A stretch of DNA of 64,000 nt, from contig JBLDXI010000042.1 in NCBI GenBank assembly GCA_047495785.1, positions 5,084,001-5,148,000 of the forward strand, given 5' to 3'. This DNA is from Lepidodermella squamata (Eukaryota > Animalia > Gastrotricha). A program made the position numbers and the translations under genes. Under the pieces are notes generated by a model. It did no database searches. It was given only the letters and a program-made list of their open reading frames with translations, and was not told where the DNA came from. Below, one piece after another: positions 11,337 to 22,975 of this stretch (the stretch's first letter is position 1; each line of letters begins with the position of its first letter).

Positions 11337-11627
11337 TGTATATAATCTGCCTTTTGCGGTCTTTGCTCCAATAACGTTCTTCTTTCGTACAAATCGAAAG
11401 AGAGTCCAGATAAACGTAAATAATCAATTTCAAGTTAAAGTCTAAAAAAGAACACACGCCAATTATCAACTGGGTCAATAATATTATTATTTAGTCAATA
11501 AACAATATTTATAGGAGGAAAAGTTCTTACAGCTGTTTTAATTACACCAGCCGCTAAAAATAAACATATCTATCGGCCTAAGCGTGATTATCTGCGTACT
11601 TTAACGCGTTGCGGGCTGGCAGTATGT

Positions 11628-12740
11628 CGCGGGATGGGCGACAGAACGACTTGCCTAGAATATAAATAAATGGCGTGAAACTCAAGGGAAGGAGGCGAAA
11701 CTGGATTGTTTTTGCACCATCTGGCGTTTAGAAATTTTTTGAAAAAGACCTCAAAAGTGTGTTCCGAAATTTCATCGATTTTTTGATCGATTTTTAGGGG
11801 ATAACTATTGAAATACGAATTTCCACAACTTCATAATTTCCAGTTCGCCTAAACACGTTTTTTTCATAACGATAGGCTATTTTTTGAAAATTCGACCTTG
11901 ACACATGTTTATTTGGCGCGAAATTTAACATTTTATGGTATTTTTGCCTATAAAACAGAAATTTTGAGCTTTTTTGCATGATTCACTGTATTTGCAAACA
12001 CGTTTCACTTGGCGTTGCTTATTTCGCAGCTTATTTCTCGTTATGGGGAACCTCAAGCACCAATAAATTAAAACGCTCTTTACATTATGATTGAAACAAT
12101 AGACACCAAGATCAAAATTCGTCAAAAATTAATTATATTTACATAACATGAATTTTTTATTTCGACGGGGCAATTTTTTCATTCAAATAACTCGAAATCA
12201 ACACGAGCTCTGTCGCGAGAGGTCGAAACATGTGATCTTTTTCATATTTAGCCAAAAAATCAAAAGAAAAACGAATGTTTTCCATAGCCAAAATATTTCA
12301 AAAATAACGGAAACTTTGACAATTTTTAAAATTAAAGTTTTGGAGTGATTTTCAAAAATAAATAGCCTATCGTGGTCTACTCCTTGAGACGAGTAAGAAT
12401 ATATTTTCGGATCGAAAATCGGAGGCCCAGGTGATGAGTTATCCCCTACGATACTTTTGCATGCAAAGATGCAGAGCGATTTTTTCAATTTCAATTTTTT
12501 GCACTTTCGTAAAACACACTTTTCGATGTCTTTTTCTCGCTTCTGTGTGCTTGGACACGGATTAAAAACCATTGTTTATTAATCCAGTTTCGCCTCCTTC
12601 CCTTGGTGAAACTAACTTTTCGCATCTCGGCCAAGTCAGTCGTGTGTATGATCGCTAGAGCGCCAGTTTATTTCTGTGAATCAAATGCATTGCGCCATCT
12701 GTTTCTATTCTAGGCAAGTCATTCTGTCGCCCACCCCGCG
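11628..12740. mobile_element. MITE related to the 14804-14997 family, split by a nested insertion
   Basis: TIR CGCGGGATGGGCGACAGAACGACTTGCCTAGAATA versus TATTCTAGGCAAGTCATTCTGTCGCCCACCCCGCG. The internal part 12610-12710 matches the interior of the 14.8-kb MITE. Confidence 0.7.
11683..12605. mobile_element. Non-autonomous element with 8-bp TSD (P-element- or hAT-like)
   Basis: Perfect 25-bp TIR CAAGGGAAGGAGGCGAAACTGGATT; TSD GTGAAACT at 11675-11682 and 12606-12613. Confidence 0.9.
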
Positions 12741-12809
12741 TCGCCCCATGTGTAAGCGTTGCATGGTACAGGAGCGTGTATCGTTAACATAGAGCTAGCT
12801 CTATGATTG

Positions 12810-15800
12810 TTAATGACGCCAAATGTTGTTAGTATCACCCTCAGTAGCGGCTTTGTTCCTAGCTGTGATTGTTTCAACTAGAAACCGTGCAATGTCGAAG
12901 AAACCATTTAGGGCAGCGATGCGATAAGGCGTGATGCCATTATTGCAAGGAATATCGATGTCTGCGTTGAATGGAGCGTTGACAAGAGCTTTCACTATGC
13001 TAATCCATCCTGCTTCAGCAGCAATGAAAATCGGCGTCGCGCCGTCTACGGCTCGAACATTAACATCCAAGTTGCGGCATTGTGTTATCAACCTAAATAT
13101 GTCGTCATGGCCTCCTTGAGCAGCTGCGTGTAAAGCCGTGTATCCATTGGATGCGCAAGTATCAACTTTGGCTCCTTTTTCGATCAGAACTTTTGCCGCC
13201 TTGTATTGACCGGATATTACAGCGATGAATAGCGGGCTTCTTCCCTTCGAGTCGCACTTCTCAATTTGAGCTTTGAATTTTTCGACTAAAAGTATGATCA
13301 TGTCGACGTTATCTTCTTGTGCAGCAGCCATGAGAGGCGTAAAACCTTCTTCGTTAGTCATATTTACGTCCAAAATGCCCTTCTCTAAAAGGCTCGTCAC
13401 TTGAATAGTCTCATTCATTCGGGCATGTCGAAAGAGCATCAATAGGTAAATAAAACTACAAATTATCAATTATCATAAAAGCAATTCGCGAGATATACAC
13501 TTTGCGCATCTCGAGAACTACTATCGCTGACATCCCCAAGCGCATTTCGGTTGACATTATTTCTCCTCAGCCAAAAATCACTCTCCAGTAGTCGTTGCGC
13601 TGTCGCTCTCTCAGGGATGTTGCGGTGTAACATTGACCTAACGAACTCTCTGAATTCCAATGAATATCCGCGATTCGAATCGAAAGGTCTCGGTTCGACT
13701 CCTTGTCTGTAAGATTTTTCGAAATAGCAATTTCTCATTTCTACCAAGTATTGTTTCTAGCAATAGGCAGTGGTCGGTCCAAATCTCAGGGGGAAAATCG
13801 AGCATTTTGCCGAAAATGTGCAAATAATAAGGGCCCCCTTCCCCCGTACTCGGAACACTGACATGTGTTATTTTTAATCTGAATGAACAAATCCTGCGTC
13901 CTTAAAAGTGTAAAATTTACCCACCCTTTTCGCAGCTAACATTCATTTAGAGTCAAATGTCTGATCTCTCCCTAATTGACAGAACCCTAGATCTATGAGT
14001 GATAAATCTGCCCGGTCATATTGCATTTGCCCAACTTCCGTCCTCGATATTCATTTTTGTTTTTTGACACACTTCAAGCAGCAAGCAACTAGGCCAGTTC
14101 TCGGGAAGGATGGAGCTTAAAAACTTACTTTACGGCATCAACGTTTGGAAACTGTATAAAAAACTCACAACTTACTTTCACTTCCTTAGCAGTCTTAAAA
14201 TCAAGAAACTAACCGGTCTATAAAAGTGTGCCGCTTCGAACAGCGTAACTCCGAACGACCACACATCACCGGCTGTGGTATGAAGCCCAATGAAAAATTC
14301 CGGCGGAGCGTATTCTTGAGTTCCGAAGACAGTGAGCTCTTGAACAGGCTCACTACTATGATTTCCATTTATCAACACAGCCGATTTCCAAAAACTTGAA
14401 GGCTTACTTGGGAGCGAATCTCCTGGCAAAACCAAAGTCACCAAGCTTCACACATCTGCTAGAAGTGAGCAGTATGTTATCAGGCTTGATATCGCGATGT
14501 TGCACGTTCATCTTGTGAACCCTATCGATAGCTAACAGTAACTGCCGTGCGCAATTGTATAGCAAGTTGATAGGTATTGCCTCGTTGGCCTTCTGTTTGT
14601 CATCGATTAGCTTCCGGAAGCTGCCTCCTTTGCAATACTCCATAACGAGATAATAAATGTCGTCACCACTTTCTCCGCGTCCAAAGCCGCACAAATGTGA
14701 GTATTTTTCTATTACCGTATTTGCTCGTACATAAGGCTGACACTAATAAAAGGCGGACTCCCTCTATTCGTGTGCATCCTAATATTCATGCAGTAGTTCA
14801 TATCGCGCCTTCCGCGCCAGAACAGTGTGCCGGAAATAGAAACAGATGGCGTAAAACTAACGTTTTGCATCCTCGCCAAGTCAGTCGCGTGCCTGATCGC
14901 TGGAAAAAAAAGTTGAACGCCAGTTTTTTTCTGCGCATCAAATGCATTACGCCCTTTGTTTCTATTTCCGGCATACTGTTCTGGCGCGGAAGGCGCGATA
15001 TACAACCTTATATTCGGATTTTAGTTCAAGAGGGTCATTTTTTCGAAATGTACACCAACATAAGACTAGTCTTAAGTACGAGCAAATACGGTAAGCAAAA
15101 TCCAAGCATTTCATTAAACTATGAGGGCTCCGGATGTTTTTACATATTTATGTACAGTTTTTCAACTATTCGTACATATTTTCAGAAAGGGGAAAATGCT
15201 TTCTGCCATCAATTTTGGGACTTTCGCCATCAAACCGGAAAATTCAAATTTCACCATCAATTTTGGGGTTTTTACCATCAATTTAGGTACTTTCGCCAAC
15301 AAAATGGATTTTCTCGCCAACAAATCCGAAAATACCTGCTGATTTAGTCCAAAACTGCTCAAAACATTGCCAAATGGCGTACCATCGTTAGCGCAGAGGA
15401 ATTGGAGCATGTCCATGTCACCTTTAAGGTAATACTATAGGGTAATAATAAGTAAATGAAAATATGCAATTTTACATTTTTACTTTTTCGCATGACTATG
15501 GCATTTACTTCAAAATTGACATGAAACATTCCAAATCCGACCAAATCGCGCCAACGATATGGTACGCCATTTGTTAATGTTTTGAGCAGTTTTGGACCAA
15601 ATCAGCAGGTATTTTCGGATTTGTTGGCGAGAAAATCCATTTTGTTGGCGAAAGTACCTAAATTGATGGCGGTTTCGGTTTCGTTGGCGAAAGCCCTAAT
15701 TTGATGGTAAAAACCCCAAAATTGATGATGAAATTTGAATTTTCCGGTTTGATGGCGAAAGTCCGAAAATTGATGGCGAAAGTCCCAAAATTGATGGTAG

Positions 15801-16376
15801 GAAAATTTACACCCTTTCAGAAATATGTACAGCTTTCGACTATTCGTAAATAAATAGGTACAAATATTTGGCTATTCGGACATATTTTCGGCTTTCAACT
15901 GAATTGTAATTCAGGTTAGGGTTAGGGTTAGGGCTGGGTTGGATTTGAGAATATGTACGAATGGCTAAATATTGGTACATATTTATTTGCGATTAGTCGA
16001 AAACGTGTACATGAGTATGTACGAACATCAACTTCGAAATATGAGAGCCTTGCCTCTAAATTGACCATAAACTTTGATTACGCCTTCGTGCTGGCATTGT
16101 TCCGTCATTTCATACTAGAGCAAAATCGAATCTGCGCGTTTTTATCAGGCAAGATTAGCAATATGATACACTTGCCTCTCCAAGGTGAAGGTCGACTAGC
16201 GTTTTCGCATTATCCCCATGCTCCCTTTGTATCTTGGAAAGATTCACAGCTTTCACGGCATAGAAAGGCTGCAGTTTTTCATGGCTGCGTTTGCACAGCC
16301 ACAAATCTCCATATTGCCCTCTGTCTAGATGATCGATTTTCGTGAACTCTGTGGTAGAACTGAAATTTCTCGCCAT
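12810..16376 (-). CDS. Gene B: NEK-like Ser/Thr kinase followed by 5 ankyrin repeats (paralog of gene A)
   Basis: Exons read DRGQYG..AVK (16376-16176), YEMTEQCQHEGVIKVYGQF (16114-16054), YYLVMEYCKGG..HRDIKPDN..DFG (14708 to about 14408), YAPPE..DVWSFG, PRPFDSNRGYS..RATA, then the ANK ORF 12810-13439. Intron positions match gene A. Three splice sites are non-canonical. Confidence 0.8.
14804..14997. mobile_element. MITE with CG termini flanked by ATAT, copy 1
   Basis: About 42-bp TIR CGCGCCTTCCGCGCCAGAACAGTGTGCCGGAAATAGAAACA; ATAT at 14800-14803 and 14998-15001. A second copy lies at 51839-52030 and a half copy at 18143-18175. Confidence 0.9.
15131..16032. mobile_element. Inverted-repeat MITE with a central (TTAGGG)n-like core, split by the foldback element at 15189-15814
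   Basis: Degenerate inverted arms (GATGTT..TACATA..ATGTACA..TTTC.ACTA.TCG) around GGTTAGGGTTAGGGTTAGGG at about 15914-15933. Confidence 0.55.
15189..15814. mobile_element. Mutator-like foldback element
   Basis: Long near-perfect inverted arms (>200 bp) built of ~20-bp CCATCAA/CGCCAAC subrepeats; 9-bp direct repeat TTTCAGAAA at 15180-15188 and 15815-15823. Confidence 0.85.
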
Positions 16377-16532
16377 ATGAATAAAACAAAACTAGAGGGT
16401 AGAAAATCGACAGCAATATTGAGCCTTGTAGCCTTGCGTTTAATTGCTATCTCATTTGTCATTGGTTCTGTTCTCTGTGTTGAAATAAGTTACACTGTAG
16501 CTGAAAATGTCGATATAACAATTTTCAAAAAA

Positions 16533-16735
16533 CGAAGTGCCTATTTGTACATAATTATGTAATATATTTTAACTATTTTTACATAATTTTTCAAAATGGA
16601 ACTTTGCTTTTTCACCAATTTTCGGGGTTTTCCTGGTTAGGTTCAGGGTTAGGGTTGGGGCTGGGTTTAGTTTTCAAAAAGTTATGCACAAATAGGGAAA
16701 AAGTACCACATAATTATGTGCAAATAGGGGCACCC
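16533..16735. mobile_element. MITE with a TTAGGG-like core
   Basis: Arms GTGCCTATTTGTACATAATTATGT and ACATAATTATGTGCAAATAGGGGCAC; core GGTTAGGTTCAGGGTTAGGGTTGGGG; 10-bp flanking direct repeat TTTCAAAAAA (low complexity). Confidence 0.65.
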
Positions 16736-16982
16736 TTTCAAAAAATGAACGATCTTGGCCGAAAATGTTTCGTAAATAAAAAAAGCTCTGTGTTACATGA
16801 TGCACGCTAGAATGAGAAATATCCGGAAAATTTGTTCTCAACAGGTGCGACTCAAGAAAACTCTACTCTCACGGCGTACCTGAGACCTCAAGAACTGGTT
16901 ACATACAGCCTACAACCAGTTACCAAGGTCATACTTACAAAATAAGATGTTCGCGTCATGGCAAATCGATTAAGGTATTGGC

Positions 16983-17068
16983 AAGGTGGGCCGCTGACAA
17001 GTGGGCCGCCAACTTCTATTTTCAGGGTAGTTTTAGAAGTTAGCGGCCCACCCTCAGCGGCCCACCTT
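16983..17068. repeat. Short imperfect palindrome (MITE remnant)
   Basis: AAGGTGGGCCGCTGA..GTGGGCCGCCAACTTCTA versus TAGAAGTTAGCGGCCCAC..TCAGCGGCCCACCTT. Confidence 0.65.
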
Positions 17069-17747
17069 CGAGTGACAGATATGACCTCGAGTCATGAAAA
17101 AAATGAAACTGCCAAGTGAGCTCATCAAAATACTCATTGGCAATGTATATCAGATCAAGTTAAGGGGTGGCCGCTGATAAAAAAAGAAAAGTGGACCGTC
17201 AACTTCAGCCAGAAATTTTAACAACAAGGCGTACAACAAGGCTGATGCTAATGCGGTACTGCTAATCAATGGTATCTTAGTTATCGATGGTTTTGCGCTG
17301 AAACACGCCGATCGGCTACATTCGCATACACACGCCCATGAGAACTGCATTGACACTGAGAGAATGTCCAAACATTGAGAGTAAACTATCCAATAGGCCA
17401 TAGACCTCTATTCATTGAAAAAGTGCACTTTCAATATTGAGAATATATTTTCCCGCATTGAAAGTTTCCTTTCAATAAAATTGAGGCTTATTCAACGCGA
17501 AAGATCTCAAATCTTTTCATGTCACTTTCTGCGGTTTCCCCTCTCATTCAGAGTATACAGTACGACCTCCATAAATGCAAAGGGTCGGGAGACACGCGAT
17601 TGCATTTACGGAGGGTTACATTTATAGAGGGCTGTTAAAGAACTAGCGATGAATCATAAAAGTGCGTCGCTAAGTTTTTTCTTAGTTGCTAAGGCGACAA
17701 TGATTTTACTGGTTAGCCATGTTTTAAGATAAGTCGGAACGAATTCA

Positions 17748-17837
17748 GTAAACTTCATTGATTTAGTAGTTTTTGGTAGGTTGGCAAACTTGCACACGCG
17801 CCAACCTACCAAAAACTACTAAATCAATGAAGTTTAC
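17748..17837. repeat. Perfect 38-bp inverted repeat with a 14-nt loop
   Basis: 17748-17785 is the exact reverse complement of 17800-17837. Confidence 0.95.
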
Positions 17838-18756
17838 GATTGAGCTCAACATTTGTAAATGGGTTCATCACGCTTCCTAACTATATAATGAAAAATAAAA
17901 AATGAAAATCCAAGCATTGAAAATCTGGGGGTCGCGAAGAATCGAACCCGAGGCGCCCGCAAACCATGTTTTCCCGCGAAAACCAAAAAAGCCACGTCCA
18001 TTTTCACCTGTGGCACGAAAGCTACAAATCCTATCACGGATTGCGCCATCCGAAAGAGCAGGGTCGATTACCCCTTCAGACGAATCGAAGACATTTCAAA
18101 CTGGCAACTTCGATGACGCGAGGATTCGCGGAAATAGCACATTTTCCGGCACACTGTTATGGCGCGGAACCCGCGATATTGAATACTAGCGGCTCTTTTT
18201 CTCAAAGTGCTGTGCTTAGGACCAGAGCTACAGGACCTGCGTAAATGTGTGTTGATTACTTGAAAAGTCAACCTGGAATCGATTGTTATAAGCCATTTGT
18301 TGATCGAATTCATTTTTTATTCAATTTCATGCCGAATTTCCGACAATAATCGAAGCATTCACATTGCCGTTCCTTCTTCAATTACGTGCATCGCATTTAG
18401 TTCATTCCAAGCGATCCCTTTATTCTGTAGTATTTTCCATTTCATTCATATAATCGAGATAACTCGCGAGCAAAAAGTTATCGGAGAAAGATAGCGCAGA
18501 GAGAAAGAAGAAATAATCAATTTTTTACATGAATAAATTTCACTGCATATTATACAAGTGCAACATAGATGTAATATGGGGGAGAAATAATTCATCGAGA
18601 AATAAATATTTGCAATCATCAATAAATTATTATAACAAGGGTTTAACCTCACAATAAAAGGGTTCAGGATAACAAATCAAAATCCATTGTTCTCTCTGTC
18701 CAATTATCATCGAGAGCGAAAGAGCGAATAATTGTTGTTGTTTTCCGAAAGAAAAA

Positions 18757-21000
18757 TCACGCAGAAGACGCTGGTACGGAATTTTCGGTAATTTCCGGCG
18801 ACTTCAACCCGCCCGGTGCCAGGTCGAGCGTGACGGCGCTGAGTGAAGTCGAGCGTATCACGGCGAACAGCTCAACGTCCTGCGGGCCCAGCGTGAACAG
18901 CGGCGGCGAGTTGGGCTCGTCCAGCGACGAAATCGGCGACTTGGCCCGGCACGAATCGGCCCCGGACGAAATCGGGCTCACCGGCCCGCACGAACTGGTC
19001 GAGCGTGTCGACGAGAGGCACGACGACGAGACAGCCGGGCGGTGTTCGTAGGGGAAGGCCGCGCTTTTAACCACCCCCAGCAGCGATTTATCAGCCAGGC
19101 ACCGTTCCAGCTTAACGAGCTGCTTCGGTGCGGTCAGGCATATCGAGAGGGACACGTGGCTCGGGGCGACACGCATGACTGGTTCCAGCCCGCAGCAGCT
19201 GGTTTGTTCCGTTGTTCGGACGTCGAAGAACAACGCGCCTATTGTGGTTTCGACGAAAGCTGCCACCGATTCCGGGGCTTCGTGCACGCAGGATTTCGAG
19301 AAGTGGTCGTTAATTGCCTGGAGTAACGCCGTTTCGTTATGGTTCAGTGACCCTGAGTCGACGTCGGGTTGCGGCGGGGGCGGCGGGGGTAGTTCGACCT
19401 TGAGCGGTGCGGTTTTTTCGACGAGGGCGACCTGTTCCTGGTCTTCGGTTTTTACCTGGTATTTCTTACCGACGACCGGTTTTTTCTTGCTAGAACCGCT
19501 GGTTTTCGCCGACCAGCAGAAACAGCCGAATAAACTGCGGAACAGCGACGTTTTCTTCTTGGATTTCTTACGGCCGCTGATCGAAAGACTCATCTCGTCC
19601 TCATCTTCGTTAATTAGCGTCATCGATGGGGCGGTTGATGCTGGGACACCTACTGGTACCGGCTTCTTCATCGCATCGGGTTCCACCGCTGGAACCGGGC
19701 TGTTTTGACCGAGTAACAGCCGTTTTTCGTCCGATTCAGTGATGTTGAGTGATGTTTCAATAGCCGAGTCGTCTTGGTTCGACCCGGGTGATTGAGGTGG
19801 TTGGGCTGAGGAGGATGGGCGGAATCGACAGCAGCGGATCCACTGGTGCGTGGTGACCCCGGTTACCGGGTTTGTTACCGGCAGCCGGATTCGGGCGATT
19901 CCGACGCATAATTGCAGCTCACCTCGCCTTCTTAGGCCTTGAAATAAAAATTAGAAAAATTAGTGATTGAGAATTACTGCTAGGCTACATTGAAAAAATT
20001 AAAATTTCCAATGAAAATTTGAAAAAAAATTTGAAAAATTGAAATTAATCCAAATTTCTACATTTTCTTTGAAATTTCCACAAATTGTGAAAAAATAATT
20101 TCGCCGAATTTCGATTTCAAATTTCAAATTTTGAAATTTTGAAAAAAATTTAAATTTTTTGAAAAAAGTATCTCCACTAAAAAAATCGGAAAAATAAATT
20201 AGGAAAATTACTAAGTTCAGGACATTTTTTTAAATTATTTTCGAATTTGAAAAAATTAAAAAAAAACATCGCAAATAGACCAAAACCGAATTATTCTGCT
20301 CACAGATAAAACTTTCAACATTTTAAATTGAATTTTCAATATTTTAATTTTAATGTTCAAAGCTTCCCGATTGTTGATAACCAAATTCAGGATGAAAATC
20401 CTCGAAATCATAATTGGAAAAATTGAGGAAAAATATAAGATTATGAAGCTTACTTCCAGAGGGTGACACCCGGATGCACCGATCAGGCAGAACCGCTGCC
20501 TCCAGCTGGCTCGCCAATTGAAAGAAGCTGAACAGCCGAAGGGCGTTCAGAAAAATCAGAAACTGATTCACCGTCTCGATATCATCAATCGAATTCACCG
20601 CCGACGCTGGCACCGCAGATAGCGGCCTTTTCGCCGCCGCCTGGTTGGTACCAGACTGGTTCCCAACTGGTACCGACAACCGGCCCTGACCCGCCTTGTA
20701 GTAAGACCAGAAATCGTCCGATAATTTAGCCGTCGCCACAAGGTGACTGATAGCTCGGCGGTGTTCCGGGCTTAGGGCCATCGATTGAGCTTGCGGGGTG
20801 CTGGGCGGTTCCAGTAACAGGTTCCGGTTGGCTGATTTCACTGGAACCGGCTTTGGGCGAGCAGGTTTCGCCGTTGGGACGTGTCTCGTGGTCGATTTTT
20901 TGATCGGAGTCATCAACAAGGCTGTTTCACCTGCGTTGCTCGAGGTGTTACGGCCCATTAACGGCGCCGTAGCACTGTTATCAACTAGGAGTACCGTCAT
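18757..21000 (-). CDS. Uncharacterised Pro/Ser-rich protein, at least two exons (21000-20454 and 19937-18757)
   Basis: GC-rich ORFs joined in frame by a phase-1 GTAAGC...TTTCAAG intron with an AT-rich interior. A further small intron near 20515-20570 is possible. No domain recognised. Confidence 0.75.
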
Positions 21001-22422
21001 GGTTTCAAAAAATTCATTTCTTTGAAAAAAATCTAAACAAGAGAAATTGTTTCAATGAGAAAGAGGTGATGAAATTGAGCTGAGACTGAATTTTGAGGCG
21101 CGCGCTTCATTTTTTGGGGCACGTGCTGATCCAAACAGAGAAAATCGTAAAAATTCAGAAAATGAATGAAAAAATTCCAGTCAATAAAAACAATGAACGT
21201 TTCGTGGTAAATGATGCGGAAAAATAAGTAAAATAAATAAATAAATAATTTTTCTTCGCTGTGTATAATCCAAGTGGCCGTTTGAGGCGAAACGTGATCT
21301 TGTGCGCTATTTTTACAAGCGGCCTAGGCCGAGAAAGAAAATGCTGATATAATAACAACAATAATGACGAAGGCGCAGAATGAGCAGGAAAGGTAATAAT
21401 ATATAACGCATAATTTATTTTTCTACTCGGAAAAAATTATTTTCCACCGGCCACTTTGAATACGAAATGAGGCAGATTTCCAAACGGCTCGTACGTATAA
21501 GCAATAAAGGTAAACATACTAGAAAATATTCCGCGGAAAAATAGGGACGCCATTAAATAAGGAAAAATTAAAAACATTATTTGGGACACGAATTTCGATA
21601 CCGAAAATACCGAAAATCCCGAAAAATCGGAAATAATCCTCTAGCTAAGATTTTCCGCCTTGATGTTACCCGACGGAACATCGAATTGCACTCTCTGAAT
21701 GCTAATAAACCTACCGCAACAACAAAAGACTCTTGTGTATAGGAAAAACGATATCGACTACTTTCGAGTTGATATATAACATAACGGTATAATACACAGG
21801 CAATAGCGCAACAAAACGCGAATATGTAATATATATCGGTGCGAAAAATGCGGGCGGTTTGCTTCGTTTTTTCGGCTCGAGGCCAATATTATACATAGTA
21901 TATAATAATAGCCGTTGCTAATGTAATAAATATTGAAATGGCCTAAGAGATGGTGATATAAAATAATAACTACAGCATGTAGCTACTCAAGCGTGACGGG
22001 CACTTTTTTACGCGCTCTCGACTTCCGATATATGAGATGATGAGAGGGAGGCAGGGCTAGAAATAATTATATATATAAGGCAAAAAACGAGGGAAAATTG
22101 TTAGGTAAACAATATTGACTAATGATATTGGGTGCGTTTCTTTATCTCAATTTTATTTCATTTTTTAAAATAAAATGAAAATAAAATGGTCGTTTCATTG
22201 ATATTCATCGTTTATAAATTTTTTGTGTTTTCACGTTTCTTTTCGTAATTTTATTTTATAAAATGGCGCAAATAAAGCACGCGTTTCATCGAAAAAATCC
22301 ATTTTTTTAGCTCAAGGAAAAACAGGGGGTAGAGCCGTTTTGGTCTTATTTTACACTTGTATTCTGAGGCTTTTCTGCGCATAAATGTCCATTTTTATAT
22401 CGTCTTATATAGAATTGCGCTC

Positions 22423-22975
22423 GTAGAAGAGTTCAGCGGAACTTGGTTCGACAACGTCACTTCTCTATGGCAATGTTTGAGCAGTGACACTTCAGAAAGT
22501 TGTGTTATTCAGCAATACAACTATAGAGCCCACGTCATTTCAGTTGAGGTTTTTTAAGCTAACGATATCTGCTCAGTGCGTAGTGCGACATGTCAACCAC
22601 GACATTCGCGCTAACGACATTTGAGCTGACTATAAATTAATTATTAATTTAAGTGTTGAATCTTGGCTATACGAGCGGAGCGAGCATGCCCAGCTCCACC
22701 TCTATAGCTTTTTGAAGGTCCATTGTATTTGAATAATAATAAACATAATTAACATAAATTTAGCTGATTTGTCGAGTGGCTAAGTTGTCGCTTCGCTCAG
22801 CTCAGTTCGCGCAAATATCTTAGAGCCTTTAATTCGACGAATGTGGAAAACTTCTACTGCCCAAATATATTATTACAAATCTTTTGCGGAAGTGGCAGTT
22901 GCTGAAGTGTCGCCTGCTCAATCGGCAATGCTGAGGTGAAGTCGTTGAACTACGTTCTACTGAAATTTCCTACAA
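22423..22975. mobile_element. Old, degenerate TIR element
   Basis: Imperfect inverted ends GTAGAAGAGTTCAGCGGAACTTGGTTCGACAACG and GTCGTTGAACTACGTTCTACTGAAATTTCCTAC, with short subterminal repeats. Confidence 0.4.

Noticed and set aside
14697-15416. ORFs 14697-15347, 14712-15005 and 15162-15416
   Set aside because: They run through MITE and foldback sequence inside a gene B intron.
15189-15814. CRISPR-like array of ~20-bp repeats
   Set aside because: Eukaryotic intron, no unique spacers, and the repeats are mirrored inside TIRs.
15914-15945. TTAGGG repeats as a telomere or fusion scar
   Set aside because: Only about 3 units, lying at the centre of an inverted-repeat element.
19042-19708. 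Plus-strand ORFs 19042-19326 and 19175-19708 (similarly 5433-5819 and 44639-45223)
   Set aside because: Antisense to well-supported minus-strand genes, with no independent signal.
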